This document shows, one piece after another, positions 37,582 to 46,356 of a DNA stretch of 64,000 bases; position 1 is the first letter of the stretch, and the number at the start of each line of letters is the position of its first letter. This DNA comes from Candidatus Latescibacterota bacterium (lineage in GTDB: Bacteria; Latescibacterota; UBA2968). Location of the stretch: positions 2,304,001 through 2,368,000 of the forward strand of contig OZ242320.1 in NCBI GenBank assembly GCA_965208125.1. The letters run 5' to 3'. A program made the translations under genes and the position numbers. The notes below the pieces were generated by a model. The model saw nothing but the letters and a program-made list of their open reading frames with translations, had not been told where the DNA came from and did no database searches.

Positions 37582-38391
37582 ATGCCTGTGCTTACGGAAG
37601 ACGAGATCCGTTTTTTTAAACGCGAGGGCTATCTGGTGAAGAAGGGTGCTCTGGATCCCGAGTTGTGCGCCCGTGCGCGCGAACGCTTGTGGGACGATCC
37701 GCCGCCGAGTCTGAAGAAAGACGATCCGGATTCGTGGGTGGGTCCCATTAAGCCGGAAGAGGAATCAATGGATAGTAGCAATTACAAACGCGGTTATCGC
37801 TGGCAATACCGCAAGGTGGGCAGAGAGCCCTGGATGATCGAGTTGCTGGCAAAGAATCCGGTTGTGTGGGGTGCTGCGGAGCAGATGCTGGGCAAGGGGA
37901 ATTTTCCAGAGCCTACAGGTGTGCGCGGTATTTATTGCACGTTGCCCTATGGCGATGTTCCGCGCCAACCGCGTCATTTGCATGTGGATGCCCATGCGTT
38001 CAATTTTGCAGTGGTGGGCTATATCGATCATGTGCCCGAAGATGGCGGCGGTTTTACAGTGTGGCCCAGGAGCCACCGCACGTTTTTCTTCGATTACCAG
38101 ACGCGCTATCTCAGGGAGCCATTGCCCCGGATGGAGAAGCATAGGGAGCAGTTTCAATCTTGTGACGAGAATTCATATCAGACGCATGGCGAACCCGGTG
38201 ATATTGTTTTTTGGCACCACCGCATCGGGCATATGGCGTCGGCCAATTATTCTCGGCAGATCCGAAAGGCGGTTCTGTACGATTTCAAGCTGAATGATAT
38301 GCCCCAGCTTCAGGAAGAGCCCCCGGGAGATGATATCTGGGTCGATTGGACAGATGATGTACGGGATGTGTCGATTGAGGATGGTGAATAA
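37582..38391 (+). CDS. PhyH-family Fe(II)/2OG dioxygenase with canonical HxD
   Basis: FFKREGYLV, LHVDA, GGFTVWPRSH, PGDIVFWHHRIGH, R.AV. Confidence 0.9.
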   Translation: MPVLTEDEIRFFKREGYLVKKGALDPELCARARERLWDDPPPSLKKDDPDSWVGPIKPEEESMDSSNYKRGYRWQYRKVGREPWMIELLAKNPVVWGAAEQMLGKGNFPEPTGVRGIYCTLPYGDVPRQPRHLHVDAHAFNFAVVGYIDHVPEDGGGFTVWPRSHRTFFFDYQTRYLREPLPRMEKHREQFQSCDENSYQTHGEPGDIVFWHHRIGHMASANYSRQIRKAVLYDFKLNDMPQLQEEPPGDDIWVDWTDDVRDVSIEDGE

Positions 38392-38409
38392 CAGGCGGAG
38401 GGCTACCGG

Positions 38410-38502
38410 ATGGATGTTCATTTTTGGTCACTGATCTGGGTCGGCGTTGTGGTTATTGTGCTGGGTGTGTTGTTGTATTATGTAATTAAGTCGTATAAAT
38501 AG
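38410..38502 (+). CDS. 30-aa single-TM peptide (not in ORF track)
   Basis: MDVHFWSLIWVGVVVIVLGVLLYYVIKSYK; GGAGG upstream; fills the operon gap. Confidence 0.6.
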   Translation: MDVHFWSLIWVGVVVIVLGVLLYYVIKSYK

Positions 38503-38518
38503 TCAGGGGATTTGACCG

Positions 38519-40078
38519 ATGGTAGAAGTACAGCAATACGCGGTGTGCGATTTTGAATTGTATGCGGATGTGGGTGATAAAAATCCGTTTGCGGTGGAAG
38601 TGACGGCGACTTTTACACACGAACTGGGCAGGGTGGTTGAAGATTTGCCCGGTTTTTTTGATGGGGATAGGTGGGTTGTGCGTTTTAGTCCGGGTGTAGA
38701 AGGTGTTTGGACGGGGCGTTCGCAGTCTGAGCATTCGGACCTGGATGGGGCTGAGTGGCAGGTGCAGTGTGTGGCGAATGAGAACGCTGATGTGCATGGT
38801 CTGGTGGGTATTGATCCGAAGTACCCACAGCGGTTTGCCTGGTCTGATGGTACGCCGTTTTTATATCTGGGTTTTGAGTGCGATTGGTTGTTTAGCTATC
38901 ACCAGGCAGATGCCGAGCGGTGTTATCGTCATGTCGATCTGGTTGCGAGCCGGGGGTTCAATTGTTTTGTCGCGAATTTATACGCCCATACGGGTTTTGG
39001 TTCGCGACCGAATGACGATACGCGCCCTATGTTGCCCGAGTATATTTTTGGGCCGCCGGAGATGTATTTGTTCGAGGGTGCGAATGATGCGCCGGATCAC
39101 GAGCGGATGAATATCGATTTTTTCCGCGATTTTGACCGCTTGATGCGCTATTTGCACGGGAAGGGGATTGTGGTTCATCTGATGTTGCAGGTGCAGAATA
39201 AGCAGGTGAATTGGCCGGCGCGCGAGACAGATGCCGATGATCGGTTCTGGCGCTATGCGGTTGCGCGGTACCAGGCTTTTGGGAATGTGATCTGGGATGT
39301 GGGGAAGGAGAGCAAGAATCTGTATCGCGAGATGGGCGATCACGATTATGTTCTGGAGCGTATGGATATTATTCGCGGGGCGGATGCGTATGGGCATTTG
39401 CTGACGGTGCACGATGTTGAAATCCGAAACGCGGGTACGCTTTCTGAACCGGATCGCAAGTCGGATTTTGTGACGGATCAGGTGCATTTGTCCGATGCGG
39501 CGCGCTATAATCGGGAGGCGATTCGCAGGATGCGGAATTCGGGTACGCCGTATGTGAATGTGGAGTACGGGTATGAGCTTGCCGAGGAACAGCTCAAGAC
39601 GTATCGCGGGCGCACGACTGCCGAGTGGGATGATATTTTGAAGTGGACGTGGGCGATTTACGCGGCGGGCGCGTATCCGTGTTATTATTACGATAATACG
39701 TCGTGGGATTTGATTAAGTTTGAGCCGGTGCCAGAGAGTTGGATGAGGTATCGGGAGTTGAGGGACTTTTTGGAGGGGCTGCCATTTAATCAGATGGTTG
39801 GGGATAATGAATACGTGGAGCGCGGTCTTTGTCTGGCGCTGGCAGGAGATGCGTATCTGGTGTATTTGCCCGAGGGGGGCGATACGCGTATCGATTTGTC
39901 CGATGTGGATGAGGGGACGCCAATAGCGGTGGATTGGATGGCGATTTTGACGGGTGAGCGGAGCAGTGGCGAGATGGAAAAGTCGAGTGATTGGGGTGGG
40001 TTTAATACCGATTTGATCAATCCGTTTGGGGATAAAGAGCAGCCGTGTGTTGTGGGGTTGTGGGTGGGTGGGAAGTGA
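38519..40078 (+). CDS. DUF5060/DUF4038 glycoside hydrolase-like (apiosidase-like) protein
   Basis: NPF..V.ATF, GFFDG..W.VRFSP, DGTPF, Y.VARY.AF.NVIW..G.E, N.EYGYE, YLVYLPEGG tail. Confidence 0.8.
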   Translation: MVEVQQYAVCDFELYADVGDKNPFAVEVTATFTHELGRVVEDLPGFFDGDRWVVRFSPGVEGVWTGRSQSEHSDLDGAEWQVQCVANENADVHGLVGIDPKYPQRFAWSDGTPFLYLGFECDWLFSYHQADAERCYRHVDLVASRGFNCFVANLYAHTGFGSRPNDDTRPMLPEYIFGPPEMYLFEGANDAPDHERMNIDFFRDFDRLMRYLHGKGIVVHLMLQVQNKQVNWPARETDADDRFWRYAVARYQAFGNVIWDVGKESKNLYREMGDHDYVLERMDIIRGADAYGHLLTVHDVEIRNAGTLSEPDRKSDFVTDQVHLSDAARYNREAIRRMRNSGTPYVNVEYGYELAEEQLKTYRGRTTAEWDDILKWTWAIYAAGAYPCYYYDNTSWDLIKFEPVPESWMRYRELRDFLEGLPFNQMVGDNEYVERGLCLALAGDAYLVYLPEGGDTRIDLSDVDEGTPIAVDWMAILTGERSSGEMEKSSDWGGFNTDLINPFGDKEQPCVVGLWVGGK

Positions 40079-40079
40079 T

Positions 40080-40325
40080 TTATACGGTAGAAAGTGCTTG
40101 TTGGTTTTGTATGAGGATATTCGGATTGGGGTTTTTATCAGGTACCGGGAGTCCCTGTGCTTTCAAGAGTTCAACATGTTCTTCCATTCCCCATTTTGCT
40201 TTGAACATGCAATCTTCAATAGAATGACCAATACCTGTAAAACCTTCCAGTTCTGGGGAGTAAAAGCCAAAGAAGTCCGGTTCTTCTGTGGCTTCAATAA
40301 CCAATGAGTAAGGTAGATCAAGCAT
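40080..40325 (-). CDS. HicB-like antitoxin (orphan)
   Basis: YSLVIE...F.FYSPELEG..G.G.SIEDC...L...GLPVP. Confidence 0.7.
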   Translation of the reverse strand: MLDLPYSLVIEATEEPDFFGFYSPELEGFTGIGHSIEDCMFKAKWGMEEHVELLKAQGLPVPDKNPNPNILIQNQQALSTV

Positions 40326-40398
40326 TGTTGGGGTCCTGTTATTTTATTCAAAATACAGTTTATTGATACAAGAGTCAATAATCCGATTTGGATCTGCC

Positions 40399-41241
40399 AT
40401 GAGTATTGATCGATATTTTTTGGGCTGTCCGATTTGGGGCAATAAGGAGTGGGTGGGCGAGTTGTTTGCGCCCGATGTTGTACAAAAAGATTTTTTGAAG
40501 CAATACGCCTCTGTGTTTAATACTGTGGAGGGGAATACCACTTTTTACGGTTTGCCTTCGGATAAAGCCGCGATGCGCTGGCTGGCTGATACGCCGCCGT
40601 GTTTTCGCTTTGCGCTCAAGTTTCCGCGTGCGATTAGCCACGATAAGCGGTTGCGAAATACCGAGTTGGAGACGACCGCGTTTATAGATGTTCTCACGGT
40701 GTTACAGGACCGGGTGGGTCCGTCATTTTTGCAGTTGCCTCCGTCTTATGGGCCGCGCGATTTGCCGGTGTTGGACAGGTATTTGGACACGTTGCCCGAT
40801 ACATTTTCTTATGCGGTAGAGATTCGGCACCATCTGTTTTTTGCCGAGGCAGAAAATGAGTTGAATGCGGTGCTCAAAAGCCATGGGGTAGATCGCGTGG
40901 TGTTTGATACGCGGGGGGTGCATAATGCACACGTAGCAAGTAACAAGCCAAAGGTTCCCGTTCGGTTTCTTGCGACTGGGCGTTTTCCTTTTGTGAGGTT
41001 TGTCGGGCATCCGGAGGTTGATAAGAATCTGCCGCTTCTGGCGGAGTGGGTGCCGGTGGTTGCCAATTGGATACGCGAGGGGCGAACGCCTTTTGTGTTT
41101 ATGCACGCGCCCGATGATTTTTACGCACCGCAGTTGGCGCGCCATTTTCACCAGATGTTGTCTGGGGATATAGATGTCGGAGAGATGCCGCCCTGGCCCG
41201 CGGAACAGGTCGAGGAGCCTGTGCAGATGGATTTGTTTTGA
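40399..41241 (+). CDS. DUF72 family protein (YecE-like)
   Basis: LGCPIW, YASVFNTVEGNTTFY, LKFPRAISH, LQLPPS, AVEIRH. Confidence 0.92.
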   Translation: MSIDRYFLGCPIWGNKEWVGELFAPDVVQKDFLKQYASVFNTVEGNTTFYGLPSDKAAMRWLADTPPCFRFALKFPRAISHDKRLRNTELETTAFIDVLTVLQDRVGPSFLQLPPSYGPRDLPVLDRYLDTLPDTFSYAVEIRHHLFFAEAENELNAVLKSHGVDRVVFDTRGVHNAHVASNKPKVPVRFLATGRFPFVRFVGHPEVDKNLPLLAEWVPVVANWIREGRTPFVFMHAPDDFYAPQLARHFHQMLSGDIDVGEMPPWPAEQVEEPVQMDLF

Positions 41242-41313
41242 AATAACAGTTTTCCTTTCTTTGCCCTGTCGAAAAAAATTGACTTTTGAAAATTTCAGGT
41301 TCATTGATACATG

Positions 41314-41432
41314 GTAATTATTCAGGTTTTTATGGTCGTGTAGGAGGGAAATCCTTTGAACTGGCCTGAGAGACGACCAGTTGTACCCCGCTCCCCGACA
41401 TGATCGCGGCAGGGATGCCGCTCCTACAACAT
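41314..41432. repeat. 39-bp dispersed motif, hairpin insert and inverted GTAG REP module
   Basis: Motif as at 34540; TTGAACTGGCCTGAGAGAC..CCAGTTGTACCCCGCTC as at 7507; reverse complement of 34581-34631. Confidence 0.8.
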
Positions 41433-41470
41433 TTTTTTATTGTCTAAATGTCTCAAGAGGAGATTGCCTT

Positions 41471-42328
41471 ATGGATGCGCGCGAGCGGTATTTCTGGGAT
41501 TTGACGGGATACCTTGTCGTGAAAGGCGTGTTGTCAAAGGAGGAGGTTGCGCGGGCGAATGATATCGTGGATCGCTATTGGGACCGGGTTCAGGTTGGCG
41601 GTTCAACGGCGAGGGATTCGGTTGCTTTTGCCGGTACGGGGCGCCCTATGATGCCCGGTATTCTGGAGTTTCCAAAACCGGATTGCGATCCTTTTCGGGA
41701 GATGCTGGCACATCCGGTGCTGGTGAAGTATCTCAATGTGATGTGCGATAAAGGGTTTCGGCTGGATCACGGTCCGATGTTTATTGTGAGTAATAAGGGT
41801 ACGGCAGGCCATACGATGCATGGAAATGGCGAGCCGCATCGGCCACATGTCGCTTATCACCATCAGAATGGCAAGCCGTGGGTGGGCGGTGTGACTGTGG
41901 CGTGGCAGTTGCACGATTGCAAGGAGGGTATGGGTGGATTTGCCTGTGTACCTTCCAGTCATAAGGCGATGTTTCCCACGCCAAAAGGCGTGCATACGGG
42001 AGACGACGATATGGGTTTGATCAAGCAGCCCGTGGTAGAGGCTGGCGATGTCATCTTTTTTATGGATAGCGCGCAGGCACACGGTGCAACACCGTGGAAG
42101 CTGGATACGACGCGGCGGTCCATTTTGTTCAAATACACAGCGCGCACCTGTGTCCGCAGCGGTCTTGCACGGGAGGTGTCGCCGCCAGAGATTTATTGGG
42201 ATAGAGAAATTGTCGAGGATATGACGCCCGAGCAGTTGTCGGTTATGTATGGTCCTTATTCCAATCACCAGGGCCGCGTGCCGTCTCTGGAGGTCGGTGA
42301 TGATGGGGTCGTGCGGATAGAGGCTTAG
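41471..42328 (+). CDS. PhyH-like Fe/2OG enzyme with non-canonical HGN motif
   Basis: YFWDLTGYLV, FRLDH, MHGNGEP, GGFACVPSSHK, AGDV.FF...HG, RRS. Confidence 0.88.
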   Translation: MDARERYFWDLTGYLVVKGVLSKEEVARANDIVDRYWDRVQVGGSTARDSVAFAGTGRPMMPGILEFPKPDCDPFREMLAHPVLVKYLNVMCDKGFRLDHGPMFIVSNKGTAGHTMHGNGEPHRPHVAYHHQNGKPWVGGVTVAWQLHDCKEGMGGFACVPSSHKAMFPTPKGVHTGDDDMGLIKQPVVEAGDVIFFMDSAQAHGATPWKLDTTRRSILFKYTARTCVRSGLAREVSPPEIYWDREIVEDMTPEQLSVMYGPYSNHQGRVPSLEVGDDGVVRIEA

Positions 42329-42352
42329 TATTAAGAATAGGAGCGTTTTACC

Positions 42353-43231
42353 ATGGGTAATAATCTTTATACAGTGAGCGAAGAGGAGAAGTACTTTTTT
42401 GATTTGCGCGGTTATCTGGTCGTGCGGGGTGCTCTGTCTGCGGATGAGGTCAAGATGTGTAATGATGCGATTGATCACTACGGGGATGAGATCAGGACGC
42501 GGTCTATTGAAGATGGCGGCCTGGCGCGGGGTTCGTCCGTGCTTACGGGTCAAGAGGGGCGGCGCGAGCTTACGGGGATGTTGGGCTGGCCCGAACCCTA
42601 TCGCGAGCCGTTTCGGAAGTTGCTGGTTCATCCGGTTGTGGTGAGTCGTTTGAATGAGTTTAGTGGCAAGGGTTTTCGCCTGGATCACGGGCCGCTGTTG
42701 ATTAGCGCGCACAAGGGTGCAGAGGGTCATACACTGCACGGCGGTGGTGAGCCGTTTAGCCAGTCGGTGTGGTATCACCAGCAGAATGGAAAGATTTTCT
42801 GTCGGGGTATTACCGTGGCGTGGCAATTGACGGATGTGAATGAGGGCGATGGTGGTTTTGCCTGTGTGCCGGGTAGCCATAAGACGGCTGAACCGACACC
42901 TGCTGAGGTGCGTTCTGTAGAGGACGATATGGGTCTGGTTTATCAACCTGTGATGAAGGCGGGTGATGTGCTCTTTTTTGCGGAGACGATGACGCATGGT
43001 ACGCTGCCGTGGTGCAGCGATGGGGAGCGGCGTTCTGTGCTTTACAAATACGCTTCTCGCGCAGCGGCTCGCGCTGTGGGTAAGTATTTTACGCCCGAGG
43101 ATCGCTATGGGGATTGGGTCAGTGAGTTGACACCAGAACAACAGGCTGTTTTGTACGGTCCCGGGGTCCACCACGGGGGCCAGCTGCCTCTGCTGGAGTC
43201 CGATGGCGAGACAACGCGGGTTGTGAAGTGA
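42353..43231 (+). CDS. PhyH-like Fe/2OG enzyme with non-canonical HGG motif
   Basis: YFFDLRGYLV, LHGGGEP, GGFACVPGSHK, THGTLPW, RRS. Confidence 0.88.
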   Translation: MGNNLYTVSEEEKYFFDLRGYLVVRGALSADEVKMCNDAIDHYGDEIRTRSIEDGGLARGSSVLTGQEGRRELTGMLGWPEPYREPFRKLLVHPVVVSRLNEFSGKGFRLDHGPLLISAHKGAEGHTLHGGGEPFSQSVWYHQQNGKIFCRGITVAWQLTDVNEGDGGFACVPGSHKTAEPTPAEVRSVEDDMGLVYQPVMKAGDVLFFAETMTHGTLPWCSDGERRSVLYKYASRAAARAVGKYFTPEDRYGDWVSELTPEQQAVLYGPGVHHGGQLPLLESDGETTRVVK

Positions 43232-43258
43232 GAAGTGAGAAGTGTGAAGGAGAAGGCT

Positions 43259-44158
43259 ATGAATGCCAAAGAGCGATACTACTGGGATGTGACGGGACAT
43301 CTGGTGGTGCGCGATGTTCTGTCGCAGGAAGAATTGGATGCGGTGAACAATGTGTTGGATTATGTTATTGGCACTGGTATTGTTCACCAAAGCGAGGATA
43401 ATCACGGGGCAGCAGATTCTACGTTTTTGCGGGGGACTGGTTCGCGCTGGGCACACGGTACCAGTTTGCTGGAGTTGCCCCGGCCGTATTGCGATCCCGT
43501 TCGCAATTTGCTGGCTCATCCGGTTGTTGTGAAGTATTTGAATGTGATGTGTGGGAAGGGTTTCAGGCTGGATCACGGTCCCCAGTTTAATAATGCGGTG
43601 AAGGGTACGGCGGGTCTGGTCATGCACGGCGCGGGGGAGCCGCATCGAGAATATGTGGCCTATCACCACCAGAGTGGCGAGATGTATTGCGGTGGGGTTA
43701 CTGTGACGTGGAATTTGACGGATTGTCCAGAGGGCAAAGGGGGATTTGCCGCGGTGCCCGGGTCACATAAGTCGAAGTTTCGGATGCCGATTGGGGTTCG
43801 CAATTGTGATGAGGATATGGGGGCGGTTGCCAATCCGGGGATTCGAGCTGGCGATGTGCTGTTTTTTATGGATGGGGCGCAATCCCACGGGACGCATCCG
43901 TGGCAAAATGATCACGACCGCAGGTCTATTCTTTTTAAGTACGCTTCCCGCACGGCTACGCGACAGGGTCCGTCGAATTCGGTTTGTCATCCCGAGATAT
44001 TTTGGGATGGCGAGATTGTTGATGGGATGACAATGGAGGAACGCGCGGTGATGTACGGCCCGTGTTCTGCACCGCCAAACGATGAAATGTTTCTGGTGGT
44101 TGAAGAGGACGGTGCGATTCGGCTGGAGAATACGCGAGAGCAACAGGCTGCGGATTAG
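43259..44158 (+). CDS. PhyH-like Fe/2OG enzyme with non-canonical HGA motif
   Basis: YYWDVTGHLV, MHGAGEP, VPGSHK, SHGTHPW, RRS. Confidence 0.88.
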   Translation: MNAKERYYWDVTGHLVVRDVLSQEELDAVNNVLDYVIGTGIVHQSEDNHGAADSTFLRGTGSRWAHGTSLLELPRPYCDPVRNLLAHPVVVKYLNVMCGKGFRLDHGPQFNNAVKGTAGLVMHGAGEPHREYVAYHHQSGEMYCGGVTVTWNLTDCPEGKGGFAAVPGSHKSKFRMPIGVRNCDEDMGAVANPGIRAGDVLFFMDGAQSHGTHPWQNDHDRRSILFKYASRTATRQGPSNSVCHPEIFWDGEIVDGMTMEERAVMYGPCSAPPNDEMFLVVEEDGAIRLENTREQQAAD

Positions 44159-44181
44159 GGAAGGATGAAGTGTGAATAATC

Positions 44182-44214
44182 GTAGGGGCAATCCTCGTGG
44201 TTGCCCCTTTTTTT
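44182..44214 (+). terminator. GTAG REP hairpin doubling as terminator
   Basis: GGGGCAATCCTCGTGGTTGCCCC followed by T7, between convergent genes. Confidence 0.65.
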
Positions 44215-45751
44215 ATGCCGCATATTGATTGGCGAAGATGATAAAGTCGGTAAAGTTGATGTGTCCATCTCCGTTGAGGTCAAAGTGACGCTGATAGCTG
44301 GTGTCGCTTCGGCTCAGGCCAAAGTTCTGGACAAATAGGAGGAAGTCGGCAAAGTCCTTTTGTCCATTGCCGTTGAAGTCTATGCTTATTGCGCCGCCCC
44401 TGCCAACGGTGAGGGCGATGTTTTCGTCGCCTGGTCGGTAGGGTATGTATTCCATGACCGCCAGGAGCATTTCATCGGTGGTTTTATCGCCCCATGTCAA
44501 TTGGCGGGGGGGATAGTTGGGGTTGAGTGGGTTGTTTGTGGTGTTGTCGTAGGTGGTGATGGCGTGGATTTGGGATCCTGCGGCTATTTTTTGATATTGG
44601 GTGAAGGTGTAGTTGCCCTGCCAGTTAAAATCCCAGTCTTCAATACGGATGAGGTTGGTGCGGTTGCCCTGTGGATCCGTGGCATAGATTTCCCAGGATT
44701 TGCCCAGCAGGTGCATGTGAGGATAGATGGACAGGAGGCTGATATCCCGATTGATGAAGAGTGTCGTGTGAAATGTTTTGATCTGGTCTTTCGGGATGAT
44801 AAAGATATCGTCAATTTTGATGTTTTCTACGGGGGTGCCGCCGTGTCGCTCTTCTCCGAGCAGGACCCTGAATATTCTGCTCAGTGTTTTACCGTCCGTG
44901 GTGAGCGGTGCAAAGCTGATAAAACCCACTTCTCTTTCGATGGGTTCTTTTTTGAAGAATATGTTGATGCTGGATTGATCGGATTCTGCAATCGGCCAGG
45001 GTGCGTAGTGTACCTGGATCAGCAAGTCGGAGTTTTTGGGCAGTATGTGTCCAACGCCTTTGGGATATATCGGGGGTTTTGCGCCGGGTGTATATCCGGG
45101 CAGGACGACGGCGGTTGGCGCGCCGAATGCACCAAAGGATTCGTAACCGTATTCCGGGGTTTCGAGGTCTCTTTGGCGGGCAGTGCCCGTGATGTCGGCG
45201 CCGATGAGGGCGTGGTGAACGATTCTGCTGTTGCCAGGGCGAAATTCAACGGCTTCGACTTCCCGGTCTTCTGTGAGATGGGTTGGGATGACGAAGACCT
45301 GGTACTGGTCCTCGTTGTCGCCGCGGATGGTAAAGGGTTCTGCCATGGTGAGTACGAGGTCGGGGGTGCCGAGTACAGAGCCTGTTGGAAATTCCGGCAT
45401 GGGGGCTTCAAGGGCGATGTCGCCCTGGGGGAAGCCGGCGTTGACCCAGTTTGCGATGGTGTTGATTTCTGTTTTGGTGAGTGTTCGTGCGCCGATGTGC
45501 TGGCTGTAGTTGTAATCGGGTTTCCACGGGGGCATGTACTGGGTTTCTGTGACGTGTTTGATCATGTCTGCATAAGCCGCGATTTCGCTGTAATTTGTGA
45601 GGGGCATAGGCCCTATTTCACCGTCTCGATGGCACGATGTGCAGTTGTTGTATATGATGGACGAGACGTGTTTGCTAAAGGTGGGGGCTTCCGCGCGTGG
45701 CGAAGTAACGGCGAGGAGGATCGCGAGTATGGAGAGGGCAAGTGGTCGCAT
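44213..45751 (-). CDS. Secreted heme c plus copper type II (PHM-like) monooxygenase-like protein with C-terminal EF-hand/dockerin-like tag
   Basis: Signal peptide, CTSCH, MPPW, VHHAL, QVHY, PHMHLLG, DEM; DFNGNGQKDFADF...DLNGDGHINFTDF. Confidence 0.82.
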   Translation of the reverse strand: MRPLALSILAILLAVTSPRAEAPTFSKHVSSIIYNNCTSCHRDGEIGPMPLTNYSEIAAYADMIKHVTETQYMPPWKPDYNYSQHIGARTLTKTEINTIANWVNAGFPQGDIALEAPMPEFPTGSVLGTPDLVLTMAEPFTIRGDNEDQYQVFVIPTHLTEDREVEAVEFRPGNSRIVHHALIGADITGTARQRDLETPEYGYESFGAFGAPTAVVLPGYTPGAKPPIYPKGVGHILPKNSDLLIQVHYAPWPIAESDQSSINIFFKKEPIEREVGFISFAPLTTDGKTLSRIFRVLLGEERHGGTPVENIKIDDIFIIPKDQIKTFHTTLFINRDISLLSIYPHMHLLGKSWEIYATDPQGNRTNLIRIEDWDFNWQGNYTFTQYQKIAAGSQIHAITTYDNTTNNPLNPNYPPRQLTWGDKTTDEMLLAVMEYIPYRPGDENIALTVGRGGAISIDFNGNGQKDFADFLLFVQNFGLSRSDTSYQRHFDLNGDGHINFTDFIIFANQYAA

Positions 45752-45755
45752 GGCT

Positions 45756-46286
45756 TTATTCCTTTGTATTTTGCCATGAGGTTATGATGCAGCCAATGGC
45801 CTGAGTCTGGCGAAATGCCGGGTTTTTTTCGTTCTTCAGGGCTTTCAGTACATCTGCGAGGTCGTGGGCGGTGATGACGCGGCGTCTTTTGCCCAAATCC
45901 GCAAAGGTGTTGTCAATGCGACCCCGATAGATGGCGGTGTGCGATGTGTCGGTGACGACGACTTCTGGCGTGATTGTTGCTCCTAAACGGTTCACCCATG
46001 TGTGGGAGGAATCCCCGATGCAGGTAAATGGCAGGGCATATTTTTCTTTGAACGCGGCAATTTTGGCTGGTGTGGAGAGCCGATTGGGGAATACGCCGAT
46101 GAATTCGAGTTGTTCAGAGGCGTATTCTGCGTGCAATTCTTTGAGCGTTAAGGTGTAATGCCGCGAGACCGGACAGGTTTCTCCCATAAAGATATATATT
46201 TTATACGATGCACACAACCCCGTTCCGGATGAGAGAAGGAGGGCGATGGCGATCCAGAGGGTTTTGGTTGTCATCTTATACATCAA
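45756..46286 (-). CDS. Exported redoxin (thioredoxin-like, single-Cys CPVS)
   Basis: CPVS, LGATITPEV, YRGRIDN, AIGC.I. Confidence 0.85.
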   Translation of the reverse strand: MMYKMTTKTLWIAIALLLSSGTGLCASYKIYIFMGETCPVSRHYTLTLKELHAEYASEQLEFIGVFPNRLSTPAKIAAFKEKYALPFTCIGDSSHTWVNRLGATITPEVVVTDTSHTAIYRGRIDNTFADLGKRRRVITAHDLADVLKALKNEKNPAFRQTQAIGCIITSWQNTKE

Positions 46287-46302
46287 TCAATCCTGTCATG
46301 TT

Positions 46303-46342
46303 GTAGGGGACGGCCCCCGTGCCGTCCCGTCCGCGATCCAGT
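46303..46342. repeat. GTAG REP unit plus CGTC remnant
   Basis: GTAGGGGACGGCCCCCGTGCCGTCCC followed by CCGCGATCCAGT. Confidence 0.75.
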
Positions 46343-46356
46343 GGTTTTGGTTGTTA

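Noticed and set aside
41361-41380. CTGGCCTGAGAGACGACCAG resembles a 16S rRNA helix
   Set aside because: Only about 20 nt with no flanking rRNA similarity; part of a dispersed hairpin element
41603-43669. 688-aa minus-strand ORF
   Set aside because: Antisense shadow of three well-supported phyH-like genes; no motifs
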